Below, piece after piece: positions 46,989 through 56,028 of a stretch of 64,000 nt of DNA. Each line of letters starts with the position of its first letter. The stretch's first letter is position 1. The DNA is from Polyangiales bacterium (GTDB lineage Bacteria > Myxococcota_A > Polyangia > Polyangiales > Polyangiaceae): positions 32,001 through 96,000 of the forward strand of contig JBBRNJ010000018.1 in NCBI GenBank assembly GCA_038230375.1, in the 5' to 3' direction. The notes beneath the pieces were generated by a model. That model was not told the DNA's origin and made no database searches. It saw only the letters and a program-made list of their open reading frames with translations. Position numbers and translations under genes: made by a program.

Positions 46989-47327
46989 TCAACCCGGCGG
47001 CCACGCGAGCTGGCGCCCCGCGAGCACGTGGACGTGGAGGTGGAAAACGCTCTGCCCCGCATCCTTCCCATTGTTGACGACAGTTCGGTACCCCGCATTC
47101 AAAAGGTCGAGCTTTTCCGCCACAGCACGGGCCATCAGCAGCAGCCGACCGAGGAGCGCCTGGTCCGCCTCCGTCGCCTCGCTGAGTGAGACAATGTGCC
47201 TCTTCGGAATGACGAGCACATGCGTTGGCGCAGCGGGGTTGATGTCCCGGAAAGCAACGGCATGTTCGTCCTCGAGCACGATGTCCGCTTTGATCTCGTG
47301 CTGAGCGATCTTACAGAACAAGCACAT
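46989..47327 (-). CDS. HIT family nucleotide-binding protein (HinT-like)
   Basis: CLFCKI, FRDINPAAPTHVLVIPK, AGQSVFHLHVHVLAGR. Confidence 0.96.
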   Translation of the reverse strand: MCLFCKIAQHEIKADIVLEDEHAVAFRDINPAAPTHVLVIPKRHIVSLSEATEADQALLGRLLLMARAVAEKLDLLNAGYRTVVNNGKDAGQSVFHLHVHVLAGRQLAWPPG

Positions 47328-47385
47328 CCGCCGATTACACAGGTTTGCGGGGCATTTCGCAACGACTCCGGCGACGAAAGACCCC

Positions 47386-47411
47386 GTAACCTTCCACCCA
47401 GCCCGACGTAG
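47386..47411 (+). promoter_or_regulatory. Possible ECF sigma promoter
   Basis: GTAAC-N16-CGTAG (AAC/CGT signature) upstream of kinase 47446. Confidence 0.35.
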
Positions 47412-47445
47412 ACACCCATACGGGGGGACGCGTTCGGAGAGTCAG

Positions 47446-49521
47446 ATGCACGACACCGACACCTTGCGTCTCGTCGGCACCACCATCGATGGGAAGTACC
47501 ACATCGACGCCATCGCGGGTGCGGGCGGCGCTGCGACCGTTTATCGCGCGACCCATGTGACCTGGGGCCGGACCGTCGCCGTGAAGGTGATCCGCAGCCT
47601 CACCACCATGAAGGAGTCCGCGCGGCCCGAGGTCCTCGCCAAGCTCGTGGTCGAGGCAGAGCTTCTTGCCTCCCTGTCCGAGAAGACTGCAGCCATCGTG
47701 CAGGCGTACGACATCGGTACCCTGACCACCGCCGCGGGCGAATGGGCTCCGTACCTTGTGCTGTCGTGGCTCTCGGGCGCCACGCTGGAGGCGGTGCTCG
47801 AGGAGGAGGAGCAGGCGGGGATCGCACCGCGCTCGCTCGCTCAGGCAGTGGCGCTCCTCACGCCAGCAGCGAACGCCCTGGCGCTGTCGCATGCACGCGG
47901 GATCGCGCACCGCGATATCAAGCCTGGCAATCTTTTCGTGACGGGTGCGCCGCGGGGGACCGATGCGTCCATCAAGGTGCTCGATTTCGGTATCGCCAAG
48001 GTCGTCGCGGACGCGAAGAGCCTCGAGGGCTTCAACGCGACGCTCGCAGGCCTCACGTCGTTCACCCCAGCGTATGGTGCGCCGGAGCAGTTCTCCAAGG
48101 CGGTCGGACCCACGGGACCGTGGACGGATGTCTATGGTCTGGCGCTGGTCGTGCTCGAGGTGGCGACGGCGCGCGGTATCGCAACGGGGGACGACATCGG
48201 GCAGCTCGCCTACGCGACCACGCGGGTATCGGTGCGGCCCACACCCCGGCAGCTGGGCATGGCGGTGACGGACGAGGTCGAGGCCGTGTTGGCAAGAGCG
48301 CTCGCGGTTCGAATCGCGGACCGGTACCAGAACGCCGGCGCATTCTGGGCAGCGCTCACCGCTGCGCTTGGTGTCGACGTGAGCGCGCTTCCGTCGTCAA
48401 TCTCGCGCATCTCGATCCCCGATGCTGCGCGGTCTTCCCAGCGCCGCATCCCGCTTGCGATCGAGAGCGCAGCCACGCTTCCCGTGCAGGTCCTCGATGT
48501 GCCCGAGACACCGCCGTCCGCGCCCAGCGCCGAGACCGCGGGCTCGCGTCGTCGTCCGCGAAGGTGGACGATTCCCGCGACGCTCGTGGGCGTCACGCTC
48601 ATGGCGGCTACTGCGGTCACGCTTGTGCACCTCTCGCACGCGAAGCCTCATGCACAGCCGATGTCCAGCACTGCGAGCGCGGTCGTTGCTCCGCCGCCGC
48701 CGGTCTCCGTGCCGCCCGGCTGCCCGGATGGGATGGTGATGATCGATGGCGGCAAGTTCTTCATGGGCTCGGACGAGGCGGACGCGATGCCGCAGGAGAA
48801 GCCGCAGCACAAGGTGATTTTGCATGCATACTGCATCGATCGCACGGAGGTGACGCTTGCGGCGTACAAGAGCTGCAGCGACACGGGTGGATGCAAGCGC
48901 GCCGGTGTCGTCAACGTGTGGCCGGGGATCAGCACGACCGAGCAGAAGACCTACGATCCGCTCTGCAACGCGAGCGCACCCGATACGCGCGGCACGCATC
49001 CCGTGAACTGCGTGGACCACGCACAGGCAGACAACTACTGCCATGAGCATGGCAAGCGCCTTCCCACGGAAGCCGAGTGGGAGCTCTCCGCCCGCGGCCC
49101 TGACGGCAGGCGGTACCCGTGGGGCGACGAGGCGCCATCCTCCGAGCGCATGAACGCATGCGGCGCCGAGTGCGCGCGCTGGGGCAAGAGCGTCCACACC
49201 GAGCTCCCCGCCATGTTCGACGGCGACGACGGATGGGTGCATACTGCACCTGTTGGCTCGTACCCAGCCGGCGCGTCGCGCTACGGCCTGGTGGATGTGG
49301 TGGGCAACGTGTGGGAGTGGGTCTCGGATGGCTACGCGCCCTACGCGCAGGCAGAGGCCACGTCGCCGACGGGCAAGGAAGATGCTCCCACGCGCGTCAT
49401 TCGCGGCGGCGCGTGGAACGGCTCCGAGGCAGGCTGGGTGAGGCCGACGTTCCGCTATGGCAGCGCGCCCACCGTCCGAAGTCACGGCATCGGGTTCCGG
49501 TGCGCCGCGGACGTGAAGTGA
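47446..49521 (+). CDS. Transmembrane Ser/Thr kinase with extracytoplasmic FGE-sulfatase domain
   Basis: VAVK, HRDIKPGN, LDFG, TPAYGAPEQ; TM WTIPATLVGVTLMAATAVTLV; RLPTEAEWE, GNVWEWV, GFRCA. Confidence 0.93.
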   Translation: MHDTDTLRLVGTTIDGKYHIDAIAGAGGAATVYRATHVTWGRTVAVKVIRSLTTMKESARPEVLAKLVVEAELLASLSEKTAAIVQAYDIGTLTTAAGEWAPYLVLSWLSGATLEAVLEEEEQAGIAPRSLAQAVALLTPAANALALSHARGIAHRDIKPGNLFVTGAPRGTDASIKVLDFGIAKVVADAKSLEGFNATLAGLTSFTPAYGAPEQFSKAVGPTGPWTDVYGLALVVLEVATARGIATGDDIGQLAYATTRVSVRPTPRQLGMAVTDEVEAVLARALAVRIADRYQNAGAFWAALTAALGVDVSALPSSISRISIPDAARSSQRRIPLAIESAATLPVQVLDVPETPPSAPSAETAGSRRRPRRWTIPATLVGVTLMAATAVTLVHLSHAKPHAQPMSSTASAVVAPPPPVSVPPGCPDGMVMIDGGKFFMGSDEADAMPQEKPQHKVILHAYCIDRTEVTLAAYKSCSDTGGCKRAGVVNVWPGISTTEQKTYDPLCNASAPDTRGTHPVNCVDHAQADNYCHEHGKRLPTEAEWELSARGPDGRRYPWGDEAPSSERMNACGAECARWGKSVHTELPAMFDGDDGWVHTAPVGSYPAGASRYGLVDVVGNVWEWVSDGYAPYAQAEATSPTGKEDAPTRVIRGGAWNGSEAGWVRPTFRYGSAPTVRSHGIGFRCAADVK

Positions 49522-49556
49522 GGCGAGTGGAGGTCACCGCAGCTCCGTTCGAGCTG

Positions 49557-50054
49557 TCACGCCGTGGACGTGCCGAGCGCGCTGGTGATGCGCTCCCATA
49601 GCTCGCTCTCGTCTTCGGAGAGCGCGGGCTCGAGAGCGGCGAAGGGCGCCGAGACGGGGCGTACGGCGCTCAGTTTTCCGTCGCGCTCTTCCCGGTGGTG
49701 CACGCGCAGCCACGCGCTCTCGACCGCGTACAGACGGCCGCCCATTCCGACGACGAGTGACAGTAGATCGGGCCCGGTGGCGCGTCGCGGAATCGGCCGG
49801 ACGATGAGCGAGCGCTTCATGGTGCACGCGACCTCTCTCGCGCAGAGCCCCGCGAGGAGATGATCCGCCGGGTCGCCCCAGGGTGATCGTGCGCCGCGGA
49901 ACCCCGATTCCACGAGCTCCTTCACGGTCGTCTCGCGTGCGACGCCATCGAGATCGAGCGTGAGCCCGGCGGTGCGCATGGCGTCTTCGAGCGCGCCGAC
50001 CGTCACGTCGCCCGATGCATTGACAAGGAGACTCTTGCGATCGAGCTCGATCAT
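49557..50054 (-). CDS. Short FAD-binding (PCMH-type) domain fragment protein
   Basis: ELDRKSLLV...T...LE, PRRATGPDLLSLVVGMGGRL..V....LRV; ATGA overlap with upstream oxidase. Confidence 0.65.
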   Translation of the reverse strand: MIELDRKSLLVNASGDVTVGALEDAMRTAGLTLDLDGVARETTVKELVESGFRGARSPWGDPADHLLAGLCAREVACTMKRSLIVRPIPRRATGPDLLSLVVGMGGRLYAVESAWLRVHHREERDGKLSAVRPVSAPFAALEPALSEDESELWERITSALGTSTA

Positions 50055-51628
50055 GACGACACCTTGTGCGGGCGCGCTGCGGGAGCATACGGGTCGGGGC
50101 GTGGCTCGGGCTGCAGGTTACCGGGGTTCATGATGCCGAGCGGGTCGAATGCTTTCTTCAACGCGGCGAGCGCCGTGAGCCCCGGATCGCCGAGCTCCGG
50201 TCCAAGGCCCTTTGCCTTGGAGCGACCCACGCCGTGATGGTGGGCGATGGTACCGCCCGCGGTGACTGCTGCGGCGAGCGCGGCGCTCCAGGCGCGATCG
50301 TAGACGGCCTCGGAGGCCTCATCCCACGAGTCACCCTCACCGGCGGAACCGGCGAAGGAGAAGTAGATGCAGCACCCATCCGGGTACGCATGGCTCATGT
50401 GCGCCATCACGAAGACGTGATCACCGAGCGCGTGGCGGACACCGTCGTAGAGCGCGCCCAGCTTGGACCACGGAGCCGCGACCTCGATCGTGTCCGAGAA
50501 CATGCCGCCGCCGAAGACGGGCGCCTGTCTGTAGCTCACGCTGTAACGGTGGAGCATCCACTTCCGCGCGGGGCCTTCGCCAAGGTGCGTGGCGCCACCG
50601 CGCTCGAAGATGCGGCGGCACTCGTCAGCCTCCGTGGTGGGCGTCTGTCCCTCACCCTCGAAGATGACGATCACAAGTGCGCCGCCGAGCAGCGGGCTGG
50701 CGGGGCCGTCGACGAGCTCGTTCAGGAGCTTCGGACCGAAGAGCGCGTTGCGGAGCAGGGCCTCGCCGAGCGCGCGGTTCTTGCCGCTCTTCTTCACGTC
50801 GCCGTGCTTCTTCACGCTGCCCATGCGCGCGAGCATCGCGTCGAAGGGATCATAGAGGCGCGCAACGGCGGGCCGGAGCCCCGCCTGGAATGCCGCGCGC
50901 ATCGCCTCCCAACCAGCCTCGGTGGAGGGAAACGTGTATCCTGCATATGAACGCGCGGTGGGCGCGCGCTGCAGGCGCAGCGTGGCGGCGGTGATGACGC
51001 CAAGCGTGCCTTCGCTGCCGATGACGAACGGCACCAGGCTGGGCAGACCGGACTCGGACGTGCGGTGCAGGAGCCTTCGCACCTTGCCTTCGCCGGTGAC
51101 GAGCTCGACGTCGGCGACCATGTCCTCGATCTTGCCGTACTTGCCGGAGCACTGGCCTGCTCCGCGCGCGGCGATCCAGCCGCCGACGGTGCTGCACAAG
51201 ATGGAGGAAGGAAAGTGCCCGAGCGTGAAGCCGCGTCGATTCATCTCCTCTTCGAACGGGACACCCATGTAGCCGGCCTCGACGGTGACGGTGGGCCGCG
51301 CCGCATCGAATGCACGGAGCTTCGCCATTCGCTTCAGATCAAGGACGACGGCGCCCTTCTCCGGCAGGATGCCCGCGCACACGCCGCTGCCCGCGCCGAA
51401 CGGGACAACGGGCACTCCCTCCCTTGCGCAGAAGGTGACGAGACGCGCGACGTCCTCCGTGGTCTCGGGCCACACCACGCAGTCGGGCATGGCGCGAGCG
51501 ACATTGCCCGCACGCACGGAGAGGTGGTGGCGAGGCCAGAGATCGCGCGCGTAGGAGACGCGCTCGGCCAGATCGTCCGAAGCGCGGAGCCCAGGAAGCG
51601 CCTTCACGAGATCCGCCGCCAGCGTCAT
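50051..51628 (-). CDS. FAD-linked oxidase, alkyl-dihydroxyacetonephosphate synthase-like
   Basis: PFGAGSGV, TLGHFPSS..CSTVGGWIAARGAGQCSGKYGKIED, GSEGTLGVIT, HMSHAYPDG, HHHGVG, DPLGIMNPG. Confidence 0.8.
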   Translation of the reverse strand: MTLAADLVKALPGLRASDDLAERVSYARDLWPRHHLSVRAGNVARAMPDCVVWPETTEDVARLVTFCAREGVPVVPFGAGSGVCAGILPEKGAVVLDLKRMAKLRAFDAARPTVTVEAGYMGVPFEEEMNRRGFTLGHFPSSILCSTVGGWIAARGAGQCSGKYGKIEDMVADVELVTGEGKVRRLLHRTSESGLPSLVPFVIGSEGTLGVITAATLRLQRAPTARSYAGYTFPSTEAGWEAMRAAFQAGLRPAVARLYDPFDAMLARMGSVKKHGDVKKSGKNRALGEALLRNALFGPKLLNELVDGPASPLLGGALVIVIFEGEGQTPTTEADECRRIFERGGATHLGEGPARKWMLHRYSVSYRQAPVFGGGMFSDTIEVAAPWSKLGALYDGVRHALGDHVFVMAHMSHAYPDGCCIYFSFAGSAGEGDSWDEASEAVYDRAWSAALAAAVTAGGTIAHHHGVGRSKAKGLGPELGDPGLTALAALKKAFDPLGIMNPGNLQPEPRPDPYAPAARPHKVSS

Positions 51629-51649
51629 GCCGCCAGGAATATCACGGGT

Positions 51650-52510
51650 TCAGAGATCGAAGTCGAGGTCGTAGGGGAAGGAGTCGAGGTCGATCGGGGC
51701 GGGCGAGGTCGACGGGGTCCGTGTCGGTGTCGAGGTCGGGGTCGGTGTCGAGGTCGAGGTCGGTGTCGGGGTCGGGGTCGGTGTCGAGGTCGAGGTCGAG
51801 GTCGAAGTCATTGTCGAGGTCGAGGTCGAAGTCGCAGTCGAAGTCGCGCTGCATAGGGGGCAGGCGGTGGGGCTGTGCGGGGCGTCGTGGCGGTGGAGAT
51901 CGAGGAGCGCTCGCGAGATCCTCGCCAGCTCTCGTCGCACTTCCCGGCGGGCGCCCTTCACACGCGCGACCTTCATGAGGTCGTACGCTGTGGTCTGGTG
52001 GCGCATCCACGCGATCACGGCGGCCTCCGCTCGGCGATCGATCTCGATGCGCTTCGTGCGCGCGACCGTGCCGCTGCCGACCGGCGTGGCGTGCGCGGTC
52101 ACCGCCCGAGCAAGCTTCTCCTGGAGCTCTGAAAACCGCCGCGCGAAGCGGAGAAATTCGCGGACCTCGCGCTCGAAGTCCTCCACATATCGGCTCTGCG
52201 TGCTCTCACGTCGCTTCTCGTCGGCGACGCGCTTCTTCTCGTACGCTGGCGTGCTCCGCTCCGCCAGGAGCGCGCTCTTCGCCGCGGTGATGTTCGCCGC
52301 TGGCGCCCACACGCCGCGCGAGAACGTCTTCCGCCCTACCTTCTCCACCACGGTGATGCTCGGCCCCGCGGCCTTCACCCGCCGCGTCAGCCCCGCATCA
52401 CCAGGGGCAAGACACACCCAGCCCGGAGGAATGTCCAGGACGTGGCCATCCCCGCTGCGCACTTGTCGCGGATTCGCCGTTGGAGAGCAGGTGACTGACT
52501 CGATCGCCAC
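51650..52510 (-). CDS. DUF2293 domain protein with Ser/Thr/Pro repeat tail
   Basis: LAPGDAGLTRRVK, HATPVGSGTVART, AVIAWMRHQTTAYD, ARREVR. Confidence 0.8.
   Translation of the reverse strand: MAIESVTCSPTANPRQVRSGDGHVLDIPPGWVCLAPGDAGLTRRVKAAGPSITVVEKVGRKTFSRGVWAPAANITAAKSALLAERSTPAYEKKRVADEKRRESTQSRYVEDFEREVREFLRFARRFSELQEKLARAVTAHATPVGSGTVARTKRIEIDRRAEAAVIAWMRHQTTAYDLMKVARVKGARREVRRELARISRALLDLHRHDAPHSPTACPLCSATSTATSTSTSTMTSTSTSTSTPTPTPTPTSTSTPTPTSTPTRTPSTSPAPIDLDSFPYDLDFDL
51655..51847. repeat. Degenerate (GAGGTC/GAAGTC/GGGGTC/GGTGTC)n hexamer tract at the 3' end of the DUF2293 gene
   Basis: Directly visible; encodes STSTPTPT then DLDFDL. Confidence 0.9.
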
Positions 52511-52522
52511 AACCCGCGTTCT

Positions 52523-52600
52523 AGGTCGAAGTCAAAGTCGAGGTCGAGGTCGAAGTCGAGGTCGAGGTCGAAGTTCAGGTCGAGGTCGAAGTCGAAGTCG
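52523..52600. repeat. (GAGGTC/GAAGTC)n hexamer tract spanning the desaturase stop codon
   Basis: About 13 hexamers; the TGA (tca at 52575-52577) lies inside the tract. Confidence 0.9.
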
Positions 52601-53423
52601 TCATCGCCGTCACGGCGTCGACAATCGACGGCTCGCTGACCACCTTGGGCTCCACGGCCGTCGTCGCGGGGGTCCAGCGCGCGATCTGCGACTTGCTCAT
52701 GTCGATGAGGCCGAGGGCGTTGAACACCTTCATGACCTGGTACGTCGGGTCGAGCTCGAACCAACGCACGCCGAAGTTCGGGCTCTGTCCGAACTTGTGG
52801 TGGTTGTTCTGGAACAGCTCGCCCGCCGTCAGTACGTCGAACACGAGCGTGTTCTTCGAGGCGTCGTCGCTGTCGAAGTTGCGATAGCCGAGCTTGTGAC
52901 CGAAGTAGTTCACGATCGCGCCGTGGATCGGGCCCAGGTACCAGTGGAAAGGGAGGAGGGCGAGGACCCAGTACGAGCCAGTCGCCTGCACGTAGAGAAG
53001 GTAGATCGCCGCGTAGATCGCGCCGAAGCCGAAGCTCGACGGCCACGAGCTCATGATGCGGTCCATCGCCGGCCAGGTCGGGTAGCCGCCTTCGAAGCGC
53101 GCTTCGGGCTCCTGCCTGCGACGCAGGATCGCGCGGTAGATCTCGTGCGTCCCGTTCATCATCTTGTAGAGGTTGGGCTGCTGCACGGGCGAGTGCGGAT
53201 CCTTCGGCGTGTCGCTGTACGCATGATGCATCCGGTGGAGGATCGCGTATCCGCGCGGCGACAGGAAGGAGGACCCCATCACGAACCACGCGAGAAAGTG
53301 GAACACGCGCTCCATCCGCTTCGACATCGAGAACTGGCGATGCGCGCCGTAGCGATGCAGGAAGAAGCTCTGGAAGAACACCGAGAGCTGCCACTGGACT
53401 AGGAAGAAGATGACGATAGCCAC
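52575..53423 (-). CDS. Acyl-CoA/acyl-lipid (delta-9 type) fatty acid desaturase
   Basis: His boxes HRYGAH, HRMHH, QNNHH; DPHSP; GGAGG upstream of GTG 53423. Confidence 0.92.
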   Translation of the reverse strand: MAIVIFFLVQWQLSVFFQSFFLHRYGAHRQFSMSKRMERVFHFLAWFVMGSSFLSPRGYAILHRMHHAYSDTPKDPHSPVQQPNLYKMMNGTHEIYRAILRRRQEPEARFEGGYPTWPAMDRIMSSWPSSFGFGAIYAAIYLLYVQATGSYWVLALLPFHWYLGPIHGAIVNYFGHKLGYRNFDSDDASKNTLVFDVLTAGELFQNNHHKFGQSPNFGVRWFELDPTYQVMKVFNALGLIDMSKSQIARWTPATTAVEPKVVSEPSIVDAVTAMTTSTSTST

Positions 53424-53562
53424 GCAATGCCTCCACTTCGGAGGCAGCGCCTCCAATCCGGTCAATGCTAGGACCGGGTGTGCCTGAAGGCGCGCCACGC
53501 TTTGGTCATGCCGGGCCCCGTTTCGTCACGGCTCTGTCATCGCGGACGCGCCGCGAATTCCC

Positions 53563-56028
53563 CTACGCAGAGCGCTGTCCCAGGCGCGCCGCGCATAGAC
53601 GCACCACCTTGAGGGCGTCCGCGACCCGCTCCGTGGGCGTCGTGACGACTGCCTGCCAGCGGGCAGGGGAGAGATGCGCGTCGGGCATGAGCCGCTCGAG
53701 GAGATCGATGGCATCTGCGCGCCTGCCGAGATCGCTGCCGGACACCACGTCGAGCATCTCGGCGATGGTCGCGAGCGCCACCACGACCGCCTCCCGATCC
53801 TCCGACAGGTCCGTGGCGTCGGAGGTGACGGTGGGCTCGGGGAAGAAACGATCGAACTGCGCGCAGAGCGCTGCCCGATCTCGATAGAGCGCGCGCGCCT
53901 TTGCCAGGTCGCCCTCCGAGAAGGCCTGCTTCGTCGACAGCCCGACCTCGCGCGCCGCGGCCTGCTGCACGTCGAGCGCCTCGATCGCCTCCACCTCGCG
54001 CGCCCTTGCCAGGTCTGCCATCTCCGCGATGAGCGCGCCCACGTCGTTCGCCAGCGCCTGAGGCGAGTCAGCGCCGATCGCGACGCTTGGCAGGTGGAGC
54101 GCGTCGCCGTCGTCCAGTCCGCCGGCCACGATCTCCTTCAGCATGTCGTCGGACACGAAATGATAGAACGCGCGCTCGCCGCGAGCACGCTGGCGGGCCA
54201 CGATTTGCCTGAGCGCCTCGTTCTCTTGTCCGAGCGCGATCACGCTCAGGCCAAGGGGTAGCTTGCCCAGCGCCTCCCGCGCTTCGTTGAGCACGTTGCC
54301 GTCCACGGGCGAGTCGCCATCCGTGACGCAGACGATCTGCGCGCGCGCCAGATCAGGATCACTTGCCTGGGCTTCGCGGATCATGTCAAAGCTCGCCAGG
54401 AGCGCCCGCTGGATGTCGGTGCCACCCAGCCGCACGGTGGAGAGCACCTCCGTCATCGCCTCGGTCGCCGCGCGAAGCGTTGCCACGCGCGTGATGGGAC
54501 CCGGGATCTCGTCGAAGTACCGGAAATACAGCGCCGTGCTGACAAGCTTGGCGTGCTCCGTCACCCGCGCGCGGAGCGATGAGAGCTCCGCCAGCAGGAG
54601 GGCGTCCCGCACGCGTGCCCGCGGACCCGTCATGGAGCCGGAGCCATCGAGCACATACACCCGCACCTCTGACTGGAGGATGGTGCGCGGGTGCTTGATC
54701 TGTTCGTCGTACACGAACCTGCGCGCAAGCAGCCGACCCGCAGCAAGATCCATGACGATGCTGCGCGGGTCCGTGATGATCGCGTCACCGATGTCCGCAA
54801 CGTCGACGGCGGGCATGAGCAGGAGGTCCGGCGTGGGGTGCCGGACCGCGCGAGAGCGAAGCTCCACCTCCACGATGCGCAGCGGAGTGAGCGCTCCGCC
54901 CGTGTCGAAGCAGCCGTCCACCGCGAGCGCCGCGGCCAGGGTCGCCTGCGTGGCCTCGCCGCTGAAGTACTCGGTGGCGACGCTCGCCGCCTCGCGCTCT
55001 TCACGCGTCGCGTTCTCGCTGGTCTGCGCATAGACGCGAAGGCCGCGCGCGTAGGCGTTCGCGACGACGTCCGCGATGTCCCCGCCGAAGACCTGCCCTG
55101 CGCTCTTCTGGATCGACTCCGCCCGGGCAGCCGTGGTCCGTGGATCGCCTCCCTTCCATAGCCGGCGGAGCGCTTCGCGAGAGAGACGGAGGAGACGCTC
55201 GTCACCGCGCGCGAGCGCCGGCGCTTCGATCGCGAGGATGCCTGCGTGGAGTCGCTCACGTTCGCCGCGCGCCACAGCCTCGCGGATCTGGTGCGTGAGC
55301 GCGACGTCGGGCGAGAGCCCCTGCGCCTCCAGCCGATCGAGCCGCGCGATCTCGCGCGCGAGGTAGCGCCTGCGCGCCTCCAGCCCTGTCTGCTCCAGTG
55401 CCACGGCTGCTTGTGACTCCAGGAGCATCTGGCGCGCCGCCTCGAGCAGTCGACGTCGTCGCCCCAGGAGCTCCGCCTCGTCGTTCGCGGCATCCATCAG
55501 ATGATCGATCGCCGCGAGCTCCACCTCCATCAGTCGCTCGCCGTGCGGGTCCACATCGGGCGCGGCCTTGTGGTGGGTGTCCGTTCCTGCGTCCAGAACA
55601 CCGCGCACAGCCAGCGGCGGGAGCAGGCGAATCGGGTCCAGCGCCGCAGCGGCCATCGCGACAGGATCGTCCGGCGCGCGCAGCGCCCGTTGTGCCCGCA
55701 CGACAATCTCGTAGAGCCTCCGCAGCCACGTCGCGTGGGCGAGCAATGACCTTCCGCGCACCACCGTGGCGCGCTCCACCTGCGTCACGTTGCGTTCGAG
55801 CTCCGCCACGGCGTCGCGCATCGCGATCTCCGTTCGCGTACCTTCTCCCGCCGCAACCGCTCTCACCTCCGTGAGCAGCGCCGCGATCTTCGTGCTCTCC
55901 ACTTTTGGCGTGAACCCAAGGCGCGCGAGCAATGGCCTCACGAGCCGCACCATGGGAGCGTCGATGGCGCCCGGATCGACCGTGAGCAGCTCGATCCGCT
56001 TGCCCAGTGCGTCCAGGTTCGCGGTCAC
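53563..56028 (-). CDS. Large vWA (MIDAS) domain protein, ViaA-like partner
   Basis: VYVLDGSGSM (DxSxS), GGTDI, CVTDGD; GTGA overlap with the ATPase stop. Confidence 0.85.
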   Translation of the reverse strand: MTANLDALGKRIELLTVDPGAIDAPMVRLVRPLLARLGFTPKVESTKIAALLTEVRAVAAGEGTRTEIAMRDAVAELERNVTQVERATVVRGRSLLAHATWLRRLYEIVVRAQRALRAPDDPVAMAAAALDPIRLLPPLAVRGVLDAGTDTHHKAAPDVDPHGERLMEVELAAIDHLMDAANDEAELLGRRRRLLEAARQMLLESQAAVALEQTGLEARRRYLAREIARLDRLEAQGLSPDVALTHQIREAVARGERERLHAGILAIEAPALARGDERLLRLSREALRRLWKGGDPRTTAARAESIQKSAGQVFGGDIADVVANAYARGLRVYAQTSENATREEREAASVATEYFSGEATQATLAAALAVDGCFDTGGALTPLRIVEVELRSRAVRHPTPDLLLMPAVDVADIGDAIITDPRSIVMDLAAGRLLARRFVYDEQIKHPRTILQSEVRVYVLDGSGSMTGPRARVRDALLLAELSSLRARVTEHAKLVSTALYFRYFDEIPGPITRVATLRAATEAMTEVLSTVRLGGTDIQRALLASFDMIREAQASDPDLARAQIVCVTDGDSPVDGNVLNEAREALGKLPLGLSVIALGQENEALRQIVARQRARGERAFYHFVSDDMLKEIVAGGLDDGDALHLPSVAIGADSPQALANDVGALIAEMADLARAREVEAIEALDVQQAAAREVGLSTKQAFSEGDLAKARALYRDRAALCAQFDRFFPEPTVTSDATDLSEDREAVVVALATIAEMLDVVSGSDLGRRADAIDLLERLMPDAHLSPARWQAVVTTPTERVADALKVVRLCAARLGQRSA

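Noticed and set aside
4077..49521. Three FGE-sulfatase (C-type lectin fold) domains as diversity-generating retroelement targets
   Set aside because: No reverse transcriptase and no near-identical template repeat differing at adenines was seen in the window
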